A DNA stretch of 64,000 nt from an uncultured Acidobacteriota bacterium (GTDB lineage Bacteria; Actinomycetota; Acidimicrobiia; Spongiisociales; ZC4RG35): contig CAWHEU010000007.1 of NCBI GenBank assembly GCA_963828465.1, forward strand, positions 19,039 to 83,038, written 5' to 3'. Under the pieces are notes generated by a model that saw only the letters and a program-made list of their open reading frames with translations, ran no database searches and had not been told where the DNA came from. Of this stretch, positions 27,371 to 37,193 are shown one piece after another. Within the stretch, counting starts at the first letter, position 1. Each line of letters starts with the position of its first letter. The translations under genes and the position numbers were made by a program.

Positions 27371-28865
27371 TGCGGCCGACGACCCTGCCATCTGGCTCCA
27401 CCCAACCGACCCGGCGCTTTCGACCGTCATCGGAACCGACAAGGAAGGCGGTCTCGCCGTCTATGACCTCGATGGCCGTCAGATCCAGTATCTCGCCGGG
27501 ATCCGTCCCAACAACGTCGACATACGTCATGGCTTTCCTCTCGCCGGGCAGCCGGTCGACATCGTGGTCACCAGCGAACAGGACGATGAAGCCATCACGA
27601 TCCACCGAGTCGATCCCCAGACCCGCCAGCTCGTCGATGTGGCCGCGCCGATTGCTACCGGCCTGGACGTTCTCGGCGTTTGCCTTTATCGCAGCCCCGA
27701 AACCGGGAGTTTCTTCGTCTTTGTCACTTCGGATGGGTCAGGGCCGGTGCGCCAGTGGCAACTGTCGGACGGGGGTGCGGGCGGAGTGACGGCCACCCAG
27801 GTACGTGACATCTCCATGGAGAGCACCGCCGAAGGATGTGTCGCCGACGACGACCTCGCCTACTTGTACGTTGCGGAGGAGGCAGTGGGCATTTGGAAAT
27901 ATGAGGCAGAGCCCGGCGGCGGCTCCTCCCGCGTCCCCGTCGATCAGGTCGGTTCGACATTGGAGGCCGACGTGGAGGGACTGACGATCTACTACGGGCC
28001 TGACGGAGCCGGCTATCTGATCGCGTCGAGCCAGGGCTCGGGGCAGTACGCAACGTACAACCGCACGGGAGACAATGAGCACGTCTCCAATTTCCAGATC
28101 GTCGATTCAGCTGCGATCGATGGCACCAGCAGCACCGATGGCATCGATGTGATGAGTGCTCCCTTGGGCGCCGGATTTCCCAACGGGCTATTCGTGGCGC
28201 AGGACGGGGACAACGATTCGGGGAACCAGAATTTCAAGCTCGTTCCTTGGGATGTCGTGGCCGGGGCTCCCAATCCGGCTCTTGCCATCGAGACGGGCTG
28301 GAACCCGCGTGGGGACAGCCCGACGAACCTGCCACATGTGCCGCTGCCCTCCGACATCGCCACCACACCTTCGAACTGGTCGGTGGGTCGGACCGCCGTA
28401 TCGGCCGCGGAGGAAGACGGGCAATTGGCGACCGACGGCACGGTGGAAGCTGGAACCACGCTCGTCTTCGACTCTGACAGCACGGTGGCATTGGAGTTTC
28501 CTGGACTGAACGTGTCTGCCGACTCAGCCGTCAGGAGCGCCCACGTCCAGTTCACCGCCACCGGGGTCGATGATTCCGACCTGGTCCTGTCCATCCACGG
28601 CGTCATCGACGAGGGCGGCGCAGAGACAGGGGCCGTGACCTGGGCGCCCGCGGGATGGGACGCCGACGAGCGCGGTGTCTTTCAGCAGACTCCAGACTTG
28701 TCGGCGATCATTATGGAGATCGTCGCGTCGCCAGGATGGGAGCCCGGAGGAAGCCTGAGGTTGGTCCTACGAGCGGAGGGGGCAGGACGGCGAGCGGCCG
28801 TTGCCTTCGAGGGAGACGCTGGGCAGGCTCCTGGACTTCGTCTCGAATACGCGGAGGGCAGATGA
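27219..28865 (+). CDS. phy: Beta-propeller 3-phytase with C-terminal DNRLRE/CBM96-like domain
   Basis: Signal peptide; DAADDPAIWLHP, IGTDKEGGLAVYDL, NNVD, EGCVADD, ADVEGLTIY, SSQG, TDGIDV, GLFVAQDG, NQNFKLVPW; tail SAHVQF...TPDLSAIIMEIVASPGW...PGLRLEY. Confidence 0.92.
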   Translation: MWRRSPRVLSALVVGVIVASVMVGESWLPAQAQTTDVTATVETDPVPNGGDAADDPAIWLHPTDPALSTVIGTDKEGGLAVYDLDGRQIQYLAGIRPNNVDIRHGFPLAGQPVDIVVTSEQDDEAITIHRVDPQTRQLVDVAAPIATGLDVLGVCLYRSPETGSFFVFVTSDGSGPVRQWQLSDGGAGGVTATQVRDISMESTAEGCVADDDLAYLYVAEEAVGIWKYEAEPGGGSSRVPVDQVGSTLEADVEGLTIYYGPDGAGYLIASSQGSGQYATYNRTGDNEHVSNFQIVDSAAIDGTSSTDGIDVMSAPLGAGFPNGLFVAQDGDNDSGNQNFKLVPWDVVAGAPNPALAIETGWNPRGDSPTNLPHVPLPSDIATTPSNWSVGRTAVSAAEEDGQLATDGTVEAGTTLVFDSDSTVALEFPGLNVSADSAVRSAHVQFTATGVDDSDLVLSIHGVIDEGGAETGAVTWAPAGWDADERGVFQQTPDLSAIIMEIVASPGWEPGGSLRLVLRAEGAGRRAAVAFEGDAGQAPGLRLEYAEGR

Positions 28866-30433
28866 ACGGCGAAAACATGAACGGCGATGACGCCACACCG
28901 AGGGACAACCGACAAACGATCATCATTGTCCTGGCGGTGGTGCTCACGATCCTGGTTGGCCTGGTGATCGGCTTCCTCGCCACGGGCGGTCTTTCGCAGG
29001 AGCCTGCGGCGGCCCCGACCACCACCCCGGCGCCGCCTGTCTCGGTCGACGCGCCATCGACCACGGCTGTCGCGCCAACTTCACCGACCGTCTCCATGCC
29101 CCCGGGCCAACTTGCCGTCACGGCCAGTGAGGACACCTCCGTCAACAGTGGCCAACCGGAGGAGATCAACGGATTCGAAGACGTGCTCGAGATAGAGAAC
29201 GACCCGCCCGAGAACAAGCAGGCCCTGATTCGCTTCGTTGTCGGCGACATCCCCGAGGGTGAGACGCTCCAGAGCGTTTCGATGCGGCTCTTCGTGATAG
29301 CGGACAGCGATGAGGTGGTCACGGTTCACACGGTAGAAGGCCCGTGGACACAGGCCGACGCAACCGGGGCGAACGCTCCCGCGGTTGGGGCTCAGATCGC
29401 CGCCATTCCTCCCGGAACTGCGGAGGGCTCCAGTGTGGACGTGGACCTCACTTCCGTCGTCCTGGGGCCGGGCACCTACGACTTCTATCTCACGATGACG
29501 AGCGACGACAGTGCCGAGTTCGCCGCTCTCGAGAGCGGGGCAAACGCTCCCCTTCTCATCCTCGACTGGGGCTCGGCAGAGGCTGCGGCCACGGAGTCAG
29601 AGCCAGTGGCCCAGTTGACAGGCACGCCAGTCGTACTCGCCGGTGCCGGCGACATCTCGGATTGCGGGAACGATGGCGACACTGTCACGGCGGGCCTCAT
29701 CGATGACGTGGTCGCCCAGGACCCTTCCGCCATCGTTTTCACGGCGGGAGACAACGTCTATTCGAGCGGCACGGCGGAGGAGTTCGTCGAATGCTACGAC
29801 CCGACCTGGGGACGGCACAAGGAGCGGACCAGGCCGGCGCCCGGGAACCACGACTACAACACCTCCGATGCCACCGGTTACTTCGGCTACTTTGGCGAGG
29901 CCGCCGGCCAACCTGATGAGGGCTACTACAGCTATCAAGCGGGCGACTGGCAGGTTCTCGTGCTGAACTCCAACTGCGGAGACGTGGCCTGCGAGACAGG
30001 GTCGCCTCAGGTGCGGTGGCTCCAGCAAGAGTTGGATTCTTCAGATGCGGCATGCACGCTCGCCTACTGGCATCACCCCCTGTTCAGCTCGGGGGACCAC
30101 GGGGGCGATCCCGGGATGAGGGACCTGTTCGCTGCGCTTTACGAGGGCGAGGCAGATCTCGTGGTCAACGGCCACGACCACAACTACGAGCGTTTTGCCC
30201 CACAAGACCCCGATGGCACCCACGATCCGGTCGAGGGGATCCGGCAGATCGTGGCCGGTACCGGAGGCACGGGCAATCGCAGCTTCGACCAGGTCGCCCC
30301 GAACAGCGAAACCCGATACAGCGATTCGTTCGGGATCCTCAAACTGGCCCTTTACGCCGACGGATACGAGTGGGAGTTCATCCCCGAAGCCGGCTCGACT
30401 TATGTGGATGTCGGCATCGGTGCATGTCACTGA
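28862..30433 (+). CDS. Membrane-anchored DNRLRE/CBM96-like domain + calcineurin-like metallophosphoesterase (intact motifs)
   Basis: TM, P/T linker, ASEDTSV..ALIRF..APLLIL domain; AGDI, AGDNVY, PGNHDY, WHHP, NGHDHNY; ATG overlaps the phytase stop. Confidence 0.88.
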   Translation: MNGENMNGDDATPRDNRQTIIIVLAVVLTILVGLVIGFLATGGLSQEPAAAPTTTPAPPVSVDAPSTTAVAPTSPTVSMPPGQLAVTASEDTSVNSGQPEEINGFEDVLEIENDPPENKQALIRFVVGDIPEGETLQSVSMRLFVIADSDEVVTVHTVEGPWTQADATGANAPAVGAQIAAIPPGTAEGSSVDVDLTSVVLGPGTYDFYLTMTSDDSAEFAALESGANAPLLILDWGSAEAAATESEPVAQLTGTPVVLAGAGDISDCGNDGDTVTAGLIDDVVAQDPSAIVFTAGDNVYSSGTAEEFVECYDPTWGRHKERTRPAPGNHDYNTSDATGYFGYFGEAAGQPDEGYYSYQAGDWQVLVLNSNCGDVACETGSPQVRWLQQELDSSDAACTLAYWHHPLFSSGDHGGDPGMRDLFAALYEGEADLVVNGHDHNYERFAPQDPDGTHDPVEGIRQIVAGTGGTGNRSFDQVAPNSETRYSDSFGILKLALYADGYEWEFIPEAGSTYVDVGIGACH

Positions 30434-31539
30434 CTGAGATGCCGGGCTCCCCGACTCCGCCCGTCGTCCTCCACGTACTCCCATATGACCTGGCGAGAGG
30501 CGCCCAGCGATATGCCCGAGCCCTTGTCGACGCCCTCAACGCCGAAGACGAGTCGCATCAGATCCTGACTTTGTTCCGAGCGGATCCGGTGCTGCTTCGA
30601 CCCGATGTCGAGCTCGACGTGCCGCGCGGGATGCTCCGCCGTCTCGGCCTTGATCCGCGAGTGGTCCGGCGGCTACGCAGCGAGGTGAAGCGGATCGCTC
30701 CAGCGGTGGTGGTGGCCCACGGAGGCGAGTCGGCCAAGTACGCCGCCATCGCCCTTCCGCGCGACTTGCCACTCGTGTATCTGAAGGTCGGCACCGCCCA
30801 TCGGGCACTTCAGCGGAAGGCGAATCGGTCCCTCCACGGCTACTACACCCGACGGGCCGACATCGTCGCCGCGGTGTCCAGCGACGTGGCCGAGGAGGCC
30901 AACCAGCTCTACGACGTGCCCCAGGATCGTCTTGTGGTCATCCCCAACGCCCGGGACCCGGTCGACTTCCCGCCTCACATCGGCGGCCGGGACGGGAGGG
31001 CAGGCGTCATTTTCGTGGGCCATCTCGATCCAGGGAAGCGTCCGGACTGGTTCATCGATGTGGTCGCGGCGCTGAGAGAGGATGATCTCGACTTCGATGC
31101 CTCAATGGTCGGAGACGGGCCGCTGGAGCAATCACTGGGCGCACACGCCGGGGAGGCGCGCATCGAGATGCTGGGCAGACGCAGCGACGTGCCTCAGCTT
31201 CTCTCCGAGAACGACATCTTCGTGTTCACCAGTCTCTCGCCAGGTGAGGGAATGCCGGGTGTGCTGATAGAAGCAGGGCTCTCCGGCCTGGCCACCGTGG
31301 CGACCAGGGTCCCCGGGGCCCGGGACGTGATCGAGGACGGGGTGACCGGGCTATTGGTCGACATCGAGGACAAGCCCGGGATGACAGATGCTGTTCGGAG
31401 ACTGGTCTCGGATCGGGCCCTGAGGGAGGCGATGGGTCAGAAGGCAAGGACGCGGTGCATGGACATGTTCACTCTCCAGGCCTCGGTCGAACATTGGCAT
31501 GACGTGCTGGAGCCATTCATCGCCCGCGGTCGGGCCTGA
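30424..31539 (+). CDS. GT4 glycosyltransferase
   Basis: GAQRY, VIPNA, FVGHLDPGKR, EGMPGVLIEA (EX7E), DGVTGLLV. Confidence 0.9.
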   Translation: MSLTEMPGSPTPPVVLHVLPYDLARGAQRYARALVDALNAEDESHQILTLFRADPVLLRPDVELDVPRGMLRRLGLDPRVVRRLRSEVKRIAPAVVVAHGGESAKYAAIALPRDLPLVYLKVGTAHRALQRKANRSLHGYYTRRADIVAAVSSDVAEEANQLYDVPQDRLVVIPNARDPVDFPPHIGGRDGRAGVIFVGHLDPGKRPDWFIDVVAALREDDLDFDASMVGDGPLEQSLGAHAGEARIEMLGRRSDVPQLLSENDIFVFTSLSPGEGMPGVLIEAGLSGLATVATRVPGARDVIEDGVTGLLVDIEDKPGMTDAVRRLVSDRALREAMGQKARTRCMDMFTLQASVEHWHDVLEPFIARGRA

Positions 31540-31545
31540 GCAGGC

Positions 31546-32508
31546 GTGCCCTCCGACCTACTGACCGAGACCGAGCTGCGGACTGTCGCCTCAGACCTGG
31601 CACAGAGTTTCGACACGGCTCGAGAACTGGCGACGGCGGTCCCTACCGGCCGATTCGTCAGTCACACCTCGACGTTCTACGAGCTCAGCACGTCCGAAGG
31701 CGAAGCTCCGATCGCCCTGATCAAAGTGGGGAGAGATTGGGACCTGACCGAGGCGCGGAGGATCTACGACGACCTCGTCGCCCTGTCAAGGCTTCTCACA
31801 GATGCCGGGTCGTCTCTCGAAGGCGCCCGACCGATGGGCTGGCACGCGGCGCCGCCCTCCATATGCGTCGCGTACGTCCCTGGCGAGGACCTGGGGAAGC
31901 TTCTCCGCGCTGCTGGCCACGACACCGCGGATTCGTTTCGACCGGTCATCGAGGCATGCGGCCACGCTCTGGGATCGTTCCACAGCCAGAGCCGCGTGGC
32001 CGACCTGGTGCCCGACCCGTCGTCGATGCGCGCAGACCTCGAGGCGATGGCGAGGACGGTGATGGTCCGGCCGCGGTTTCTCGACGCCATCGATCTCGTC
32101 AGCTCTACGGCCAGGCGGTACGGGGACTTCGCCCCCTACAACGTCAGGCTCGAGCCCGGCGGGAAGGCGTGGATCATCGACCAGCCGTCTCCTCCTGCCC
32201 TCGATGTGGTGCATCGAGATGTGGCCTGGTTCCTGTTCAATCTCGAGCGCCGCCTCGGCTGGGAAACGTCAGATAGGGGTGCGGCATTCGACGACGCGAG
32301 GGCGAGGTTGGCCGATTCGTTCCATGACGGGTACCGCCGAACCGGACCGGTCACCCTCGACGCTCCCGCCGATCGGGCACTGCTCGCCCTCTATCGGTCC
32401 CACCGAAGTCTGTGGACAGCGCGCCGCAGGCTGCGCCAGCGTGAGCTCGGCGAAGCCCCTGCCTACCTCCGTCTGGCGATGCTTTGGCGGAAGGCAGCCA
32501 GAGAGTGA
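31546..32508 (+). CDS. APH-like phosphotransferase (kinase 2)
   Basis: ALIKV, ALGSFH, YGDFAPYNV, WIID, HRDVAWF. Confidence 0.7.
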   Translation: MPSDLLTETELRTVASDLAQSFDTARELATAVPTGRFVSHTSTFYELSTSEGEAPIALIKVGRDWDLTEARRIYDDLVALSRLLTDAGSSLEGARPMGWHAAPPSICVAYVPGEDLGKLLRAAGHDTADSFRPVIEACGHALGSFHSQSRVADLVPDPSSMRADLEAMARTVMVRPRFLDAIDLVSSTARRYGDFAPYNVRLEPGGKAWIIDQPSPPALDVVHRDVAWFLFNLERRLGWETSDRGAAFDDARARLADSFHDGYRRTGPVTLDAPADRALLALYRSHRSLWTARRRLRQRELGEAPAYLRLAMLWRKAARE

Positions 32509-32536
32509 TGCTGGCGCTGAGCGCCGCCACCATTCA

Positions 32537-33548
32537 TCACCAGTCGGGGACCATCCAGGGGAGCTCCGATCGCAGTTCTTTGTCGGCGACGAGCGAAGCG
32601 GCGAACTCGGTCCAGTCCTCGGCGCCCATACGGGTGTCGTCTGCCTGCCGGATGGCGGTTGCCATCGAGCTGAGAGCGATCACCCAGCCGAGGGGCATCC
32701 GGTTATCCCAGGCGTCGTTCGATCTCGGCCCGGAGCACCTGGCCAGCCCAACCCGATCTACCGAGAGCCGACATTGCGGCGGCCCGGGAGGAGGCAGCGC
32801 CCGATTGACGCTTGGCAAGCCTTGCCGTCGCCCCGACGGACTGGGCTAGATCGAACCAGGGCTGTGACTTATTCGATGCGTGCTCCCAGTCGAGGAGTCG
32901 CAACTCGCCCCGATGCATCAGCACGTTGCCTACCGCCAGGTCAGCATGTTGCCAGGACGTGGACCAGGCGATTCCACTCCCGGCCACCGCATCACGGAAG
33001 CTGCGCACCCTTTCTTCGACATCGGTGGAATGGGGGACCAGACCGATGTACCGATCCACGATCTCGGCGAGGTGTGACCCGTCGAGCCGCTCTGTGCTGC
33101 TGGTGGCGACGGCGAGATCGTTGCTCCACTCAAACGACTTGCGGTAGAAGTCGCCCATCAACGACCTGGGTAGCGAGCTTCCTGAACCGTTGAGATCGGG
33201 GACGAGAAGACGACGCCCGGCTAGCGCCTCCATCGTCAGGACCGTGTTTCCCTCGATCTCCGCCAGACCCAAGGCTCGGGGCACAGTTCGGCGCATCGGC
33301 TCCGGCAAGAGGGGCCGGATGTCATCGAGCGCACCGTGCTCATGTCGAAGAAAGGCTCCCTCGAGGTCGGTGAAGGCGATCTTCATCACGACCGACGGAC
33401 GCGCCCGTCTGTCCTCGAACAGGAACACGGCGGCCCTCGTCCTATGGGCCGGCCCTCCGCTCCCGATCGCAATGCCCACTGATCCAGGGGGATGGCCGAA
33501 CCAGGACTGCCATTCCTGCCTGGCGTAGTCGGTCAGCTCGTCGATCAT
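32537..33548 (-). CDS. APH-like phosphotransferase (kinase 3; frameshift near 32705)
   Basis: VVMKIA, VPRAL, HADLAVGNVL, LLDWE, WFDL; C-terminus continues in ORF 32537-32818. Confidence 0.78.
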
Positions 33549-34058
33549 CGGGTGTCTTCGCTGCGGGATTGGCGAACAACGAAGGCCATGCCCGGGGCGA
33601 TGGCGGCGGCGACCGGCGTGAACAACACCGACCTGGCCAGAATCCGGGCCCAGAGCCTGTTGCCACCACCGCCGAGCACGCCAGAGGTCTGTAGCCAGTA
33701 GAGCATGTGGATGTGGCCCCAGGGGAAGGCAATCCGGGGGGAACGGGCCGACGGCCAGAGCCCGTAGGTGGCTATCACCTCCAACCGCTGCCCTGGCGAA
33801 TGCGTGGGTCATCTCGGTTGGGCTGGGACCTTTGCTGGATAGACGTCCCCGGCCGGAAAGGCGGGACAGGGCGGAGCGTGCCAGGGGCCGGCCCACCGAA
33901 ACGATCAGCTCCTCGTCGCCGAGGGCGGCCGATGCCGACTCGAGCGAGGCCGCCCATTCTTTCCCTCCGGCGGGTGGCATCCACAGATTCGGGCTTTCCC
34001 CCTTTGAGAGAAGCACCCAGATCGGGTTGAGAGACTCGTCGAGAGGTGTCTCAGTCAT
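33545..34058 (-). CDS. Hypothetical protein, ~170 aa (frameshift near 33785)
   Basis: MTETPLDESL...AFARA joins EVIATYGLWPSARSPR...EDTR*; ATGA overlaps at both ends. Confidence 0.6.
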
Positions 34059-35305
34059 TCCGGCGCCCGCGCACTCGAGGCGCCGTGCAGCGCCGCGTCG
34101 ATGCGGAGAAGCTGGATGTCCCAGGTCGCCTGTTCGAGGATCTTCCGACGAGCGGCTTCTCCCAGCCTTGCCCTCAGATCGGGCCGCTCATGGAGATCGA
34201 CGATGGCTGCCGCAAGACCTCCGGTGTCTCCGCTCTCGACTAGCACTGCGTCCTCGCCGTCCGCCAGCCACCTGGCCATCTCGCCGATTCGGGGAGCGAT
34301 CACTGCCTTGCCCGCTGCCATGTACTCCCTGAGCTTGAGCGGGGAATAGTGAAAGGACCCCGCTCCGCGATCTGTGATGACCGCTACATCCATGGCCGCC
34401 ACATGCTCGGGTATATCGAGGTACCCCACGGTTCCGGTCATCACGACGTTCTTGAGTCCCAAGGCTCGGACGGTCTCTTCGATATGTGACCGCTCCAGAC
34501 CGTCTCCGACGAGGAGAAGCGTGGCCTCGGGTATCTCGGACTCGATCCTTTTCATCGCCGCCAACGCCATGTCGAGACCATGGAACTTGCGAAAGCTGCC
34601 CACCCAACCGATCACGAAGTTTCTCTCCAGCCCAAGCCGCCGTCTTACCTCGTCGCCTTGGCGCTCTGGCGAGAACATCTCGGGATCGACACCATTCGGT
34701 GTCACCAAGAGACGCGCTTCGGGCACCCCGAGCCGGGCCACTTGCTCGGCGATCTCTATCGAGCCGCAGGCCACCACATCGGCGGCTTTGAGCAAGGGTG
34801 TTTCGGCGGTCCGCTCCAGAAGCCCCTGCCAGCCCGGGCGTTTCACACCCCAGCCGGCCGCCTCCTGGACGATGAGAGCCGGAGTGAAGACGACCAACGG
34901 GCGCTCCAGCGCCTTTGCGGCGCTCACTCCTGCATCATGGAACAGGTCGTGCCGCTGCCAGATGAAACGCACTTCCTCCGAACGCCACGGGCCTTCGAGC
35001 CCTGCTTCCCTGAACCGGCGGGCCTCCATGGCTTTTCGGGCGTCCTTGAGCCCGGTCTTGACGGTGGTAGGCACCATGCGGCGCAGCGACGCGGGACCCG
35101 GTGGGCCTTTGAGGGCGACCGGGTCAGATGCCCTTCGCATGACCTCCTCTGGTTCGAGAATGCCCTCGGGGGTGACGATCCACGACTTCCCCCAGAGCCT
35201 TCTGGCGGCGGTTGCCCAACTGGCGACGCTGATCCAGGAAGCCACCGGAGCCGTCTGACCCCCGGCCCGATTCGGGTTCAGGAAGAGGACACCACCCGTG
35301 CTCAC
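34055..35305 (-). CDS. GT4 glycosyltransferase
   Basis: VTPNGVDP, GWVGSFRKFHG, LVGDG, YSPLKLREYMAAGK. Confidence 0.9.
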   Translation of the reverse strand: MSTGGVLFLNPNRAGGQTAPVASWISVASWATAARRLWGKSWIVTPEGILEPEEVMRRASDPVALKGPPGPASLRRMVPTTVKTGLKDARKAMEARRFREAGLEGPWRSEEVRFIWQRHDLFHDAGVSAAKALERPLVVFTPALIVQEAAGWGVKRPGWQGLLERTAETPLLKAADVVACGSIEIAEQVARLGVPEARLLVTPNGVDPEMFSPERQGDEVRRRLGLERNFVIGWVGSFRKFHGLDMALAAMKRIESEIPEATLLLVGDGLERSHIEETVRALGLKNVVMTGTVGYLDIPEHVAAMDVAVITDRGAGSFHYSPLKLREYMAAGKAVIAPRIGEMARWLADGEDAVLVESGDTGGLAAAIVDLHERPDLRARLGEAARRKILEQATWDIQLLRIDAALHGASSARAPE

Positions 35306-35402
35306 TCGGCTGTTTGCTCAATGCCGGGTGGGAAATGCATGGGCCGTATTCTGGCATCGATGGCGGCGATAGAAGCAGTGACCAGACTGGTTGTGGGCCG
35401 AC

Positions 35403-37193
35403 ATGCATGACAGCTCGGAGGACCGGGCGTTCCAAGTCGCCCACCTCACCACCGTCGACCTCAGTCTTCGCTTTCTCGTCCGGCCCCAACTTCTGGCGGT
35501 CAACGAGGCTGGAGGAGAAGCAGTCGGTGTGAGCGCGCCGGGACCCTGGGTCGACGAGCTCGAGCAGGACGGCATACGGCATGTCGCACTGACCGCGTCG
35601 ACGAGAGGGATGAGCGTGGGCAACGACCTGAAGGCAGTCGCCCAGCTATGGAAGGTCCTTCGTAAAGAGCAATTCGACGTGCTCCACACTCACAACCCGA
35701 AGCCCGGCGTGTACGGGCGGATCCTGGGTCGTCTCGCTGGGGTTCCCCTCGTGGTCAACACGATGCACGGTCTGTATGCCACCGAGGACGACGATGCACT
35801 AAAGCGCGGCGTCGTTTACGCCCTGGAGGCCGTTGCCGCCCGGTGCTCGGATGTGGAATTGCATCAGAACGTGGAGGATCTCGAGTTCTGCCGTCGCACA
35901 CGGATCCTTCCCGCTCGGAAAGGCCAACTACTTGGCAATGGCGTCGACCTGTTGAGGTTCGACCGGGACAGAGTCGATCCAGAGGCGCGCTCCCGTCTCA
36001 GGGCGGAGTTCGGGGCGGATGAGGGCGTCGTGGTGGTGGGGATGGTGGGCCGTCTTGTCGCTGAGAAGGGCTATCCAGAGTTGTTCGAGGCCGCCACCAA
36101 GCTCGATGATGGATACATGGTGGTAGTCATCGGGCCGGACGACCCTGAGAAGTCAGACGCCCTCCCGCCGGATGCCGTCGCCAATGCCAAGGAGGCCGGC
36201 GTGCGGTTCCTCGGCATGCGCACCGACGTGGAGGACCTGTATTCGGCCATGGACCTTTTCGTCTTGCCCTCGCACCGGGAAGGTTTCCCGAGGGCGGCGA
36301 TGGAGGCGGCCGCGATGGGGCTCCCGGTCATCGCGACCGATATCCGGGGCTGCCGCCAGGTCGTCGACGACGGTGTCAACGGGCTTCTGGTCCCGGTGCT
36401 CGACCCGGTGAGGCTGGGAGAGGCGATACGGAAGGTCGGCGACGATCCGATCCTGCGAAACAAGATGTCGGAGGCGAGCGCGAGCATCGCTCGTGAGCGC
36501 TTCGATGAGCAGAAGGTGGTCAGCATCGTCATGGACGCCTACCGCGACGGGCTCGTGGCCAAAGGCTTCGGCCATCTCATGCCGCCGGCCATGATCACGC
36601 CGGCGCCGCGTCCACAGATGCGGCTCGCCACATCCCGTGATGCCCGGGCTCTGGCCGAGCTCCACGCTTCACAGATCGCAACCGGGTTTCTCCCCCTGCT
36701 AGGCCGGAGATTCATGAAGGTCCTGTATCAGGCGCTGATCGCCTGGAAGGGGGCGGTAGTCGTTGTCGTTGACGACGGTGGCGGACCGGTTGGGTTCACG
36801 GCGGGAGTGGAGGACGTCGGCGAGTTCTACGGTCATTTCTCCAGGCACTATTGGTGGCGGGCCGGGTGGGCGGCCCTGCCTCGGTTGATCAGACCGAGCA
36901 ACCTGCGCCGGGCATGGGAGACATTCCGCTATGGCCAGGATCAGGTCGACGTGCCGGCGGAGCTGCTCTCGATGGTGGTCGCCCCGAAAGCGCGGGGGAA
37001 GGGCCTTTCGCTGATGCTGGGGGCGAGGCTGCTCGACGACCTGAACCAGCGGGGAGTGCCCGCGGTGAAGGTGACCGTTGGCTCAGAGAACGAGACGGCC
37101 ATCGGCGTCTACCGAAAGATGGGCTTCAAGGACACCGAGCGGATCCAGGTCCATGCCGGCGAGAGCTCTGAGATCCTCGTTTGGCGGCCCTGA
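35403..37193 (+). CDS. GT4 (CapM-like) glycosyltransferase fused to a C-terminal GNAT acetyltransferase
   Basis: HTHNPKPG, GNGVD, GRLVAEKG, PSHREGFPRAAMEA; then ELLSMVVAPKARGKGL and NETAIGVYRKMGF in the same frame. Confidence 0.88.
   Translation: MHDSSEDRAFQVAHLTTVDLSLRFLVRPQLLAVNEAGGEAVGVSAPGPWVDELEQDGIRHVALTASTRGMSVGNDLKAVAQLWKVLRKEQFDVLHTHNPKPGVYGRILGRLAGVPLVVNTMHGLYATEDDDALKRGVVYALEAVAARCSDVELHQNVEDLEFCRRTRILPARKGQLLGNGVDLLRFDRDRVDPEARSRLRAEFGADEGVVVVGMVGRLVAEKGYPELFEAATKLDDGYMVVVIGPDDPEKSDALPPDAVANAKEAGVRFLGMRTDVEDLYSAMDLFVLPSHREGFPRAAMEAAAMGLPVIATDIRGCRQVVDDGVNGLLVPVLDPVRLGEAIRKVGDDPILRNKMSEASASIARERFDEQKVVSIVMDAYRDGLVAKGFGHLMPPAMITPAPRPQMRLATSRDARALAELHASQIATGFLPLLGRRFMKVLYQALIAWKGAVVVVVDDGGGPVGFTAGVEDVGEFYGHFSRHYWWRAGWAALPRLIRPSNLRRAWETFRYGQDQVDVPAELLSMVVAPKARGKGLSLMLGARLLDDLNQRGVPAVKVTVGSENETAIGVYRKMGFKDTERIQVHAGESSEILVWRP

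Noticed and set aside
25913-27442. 509-aa minus-strand ORF
   Set aside because: Antisense to three plus-strand genes, with no domain signal
28862-28887. Direct repeat ATGAACGGCGA x2 at the phosphoesterase start
   Set aside because: A short duplication giving two alternative starts; no further structure
32703-34058. 451-aa fusion of the hypothetical protein and kinase 3
   Set aside because: Better explained as two ATGA-coupled genes joined by one indel near 33785
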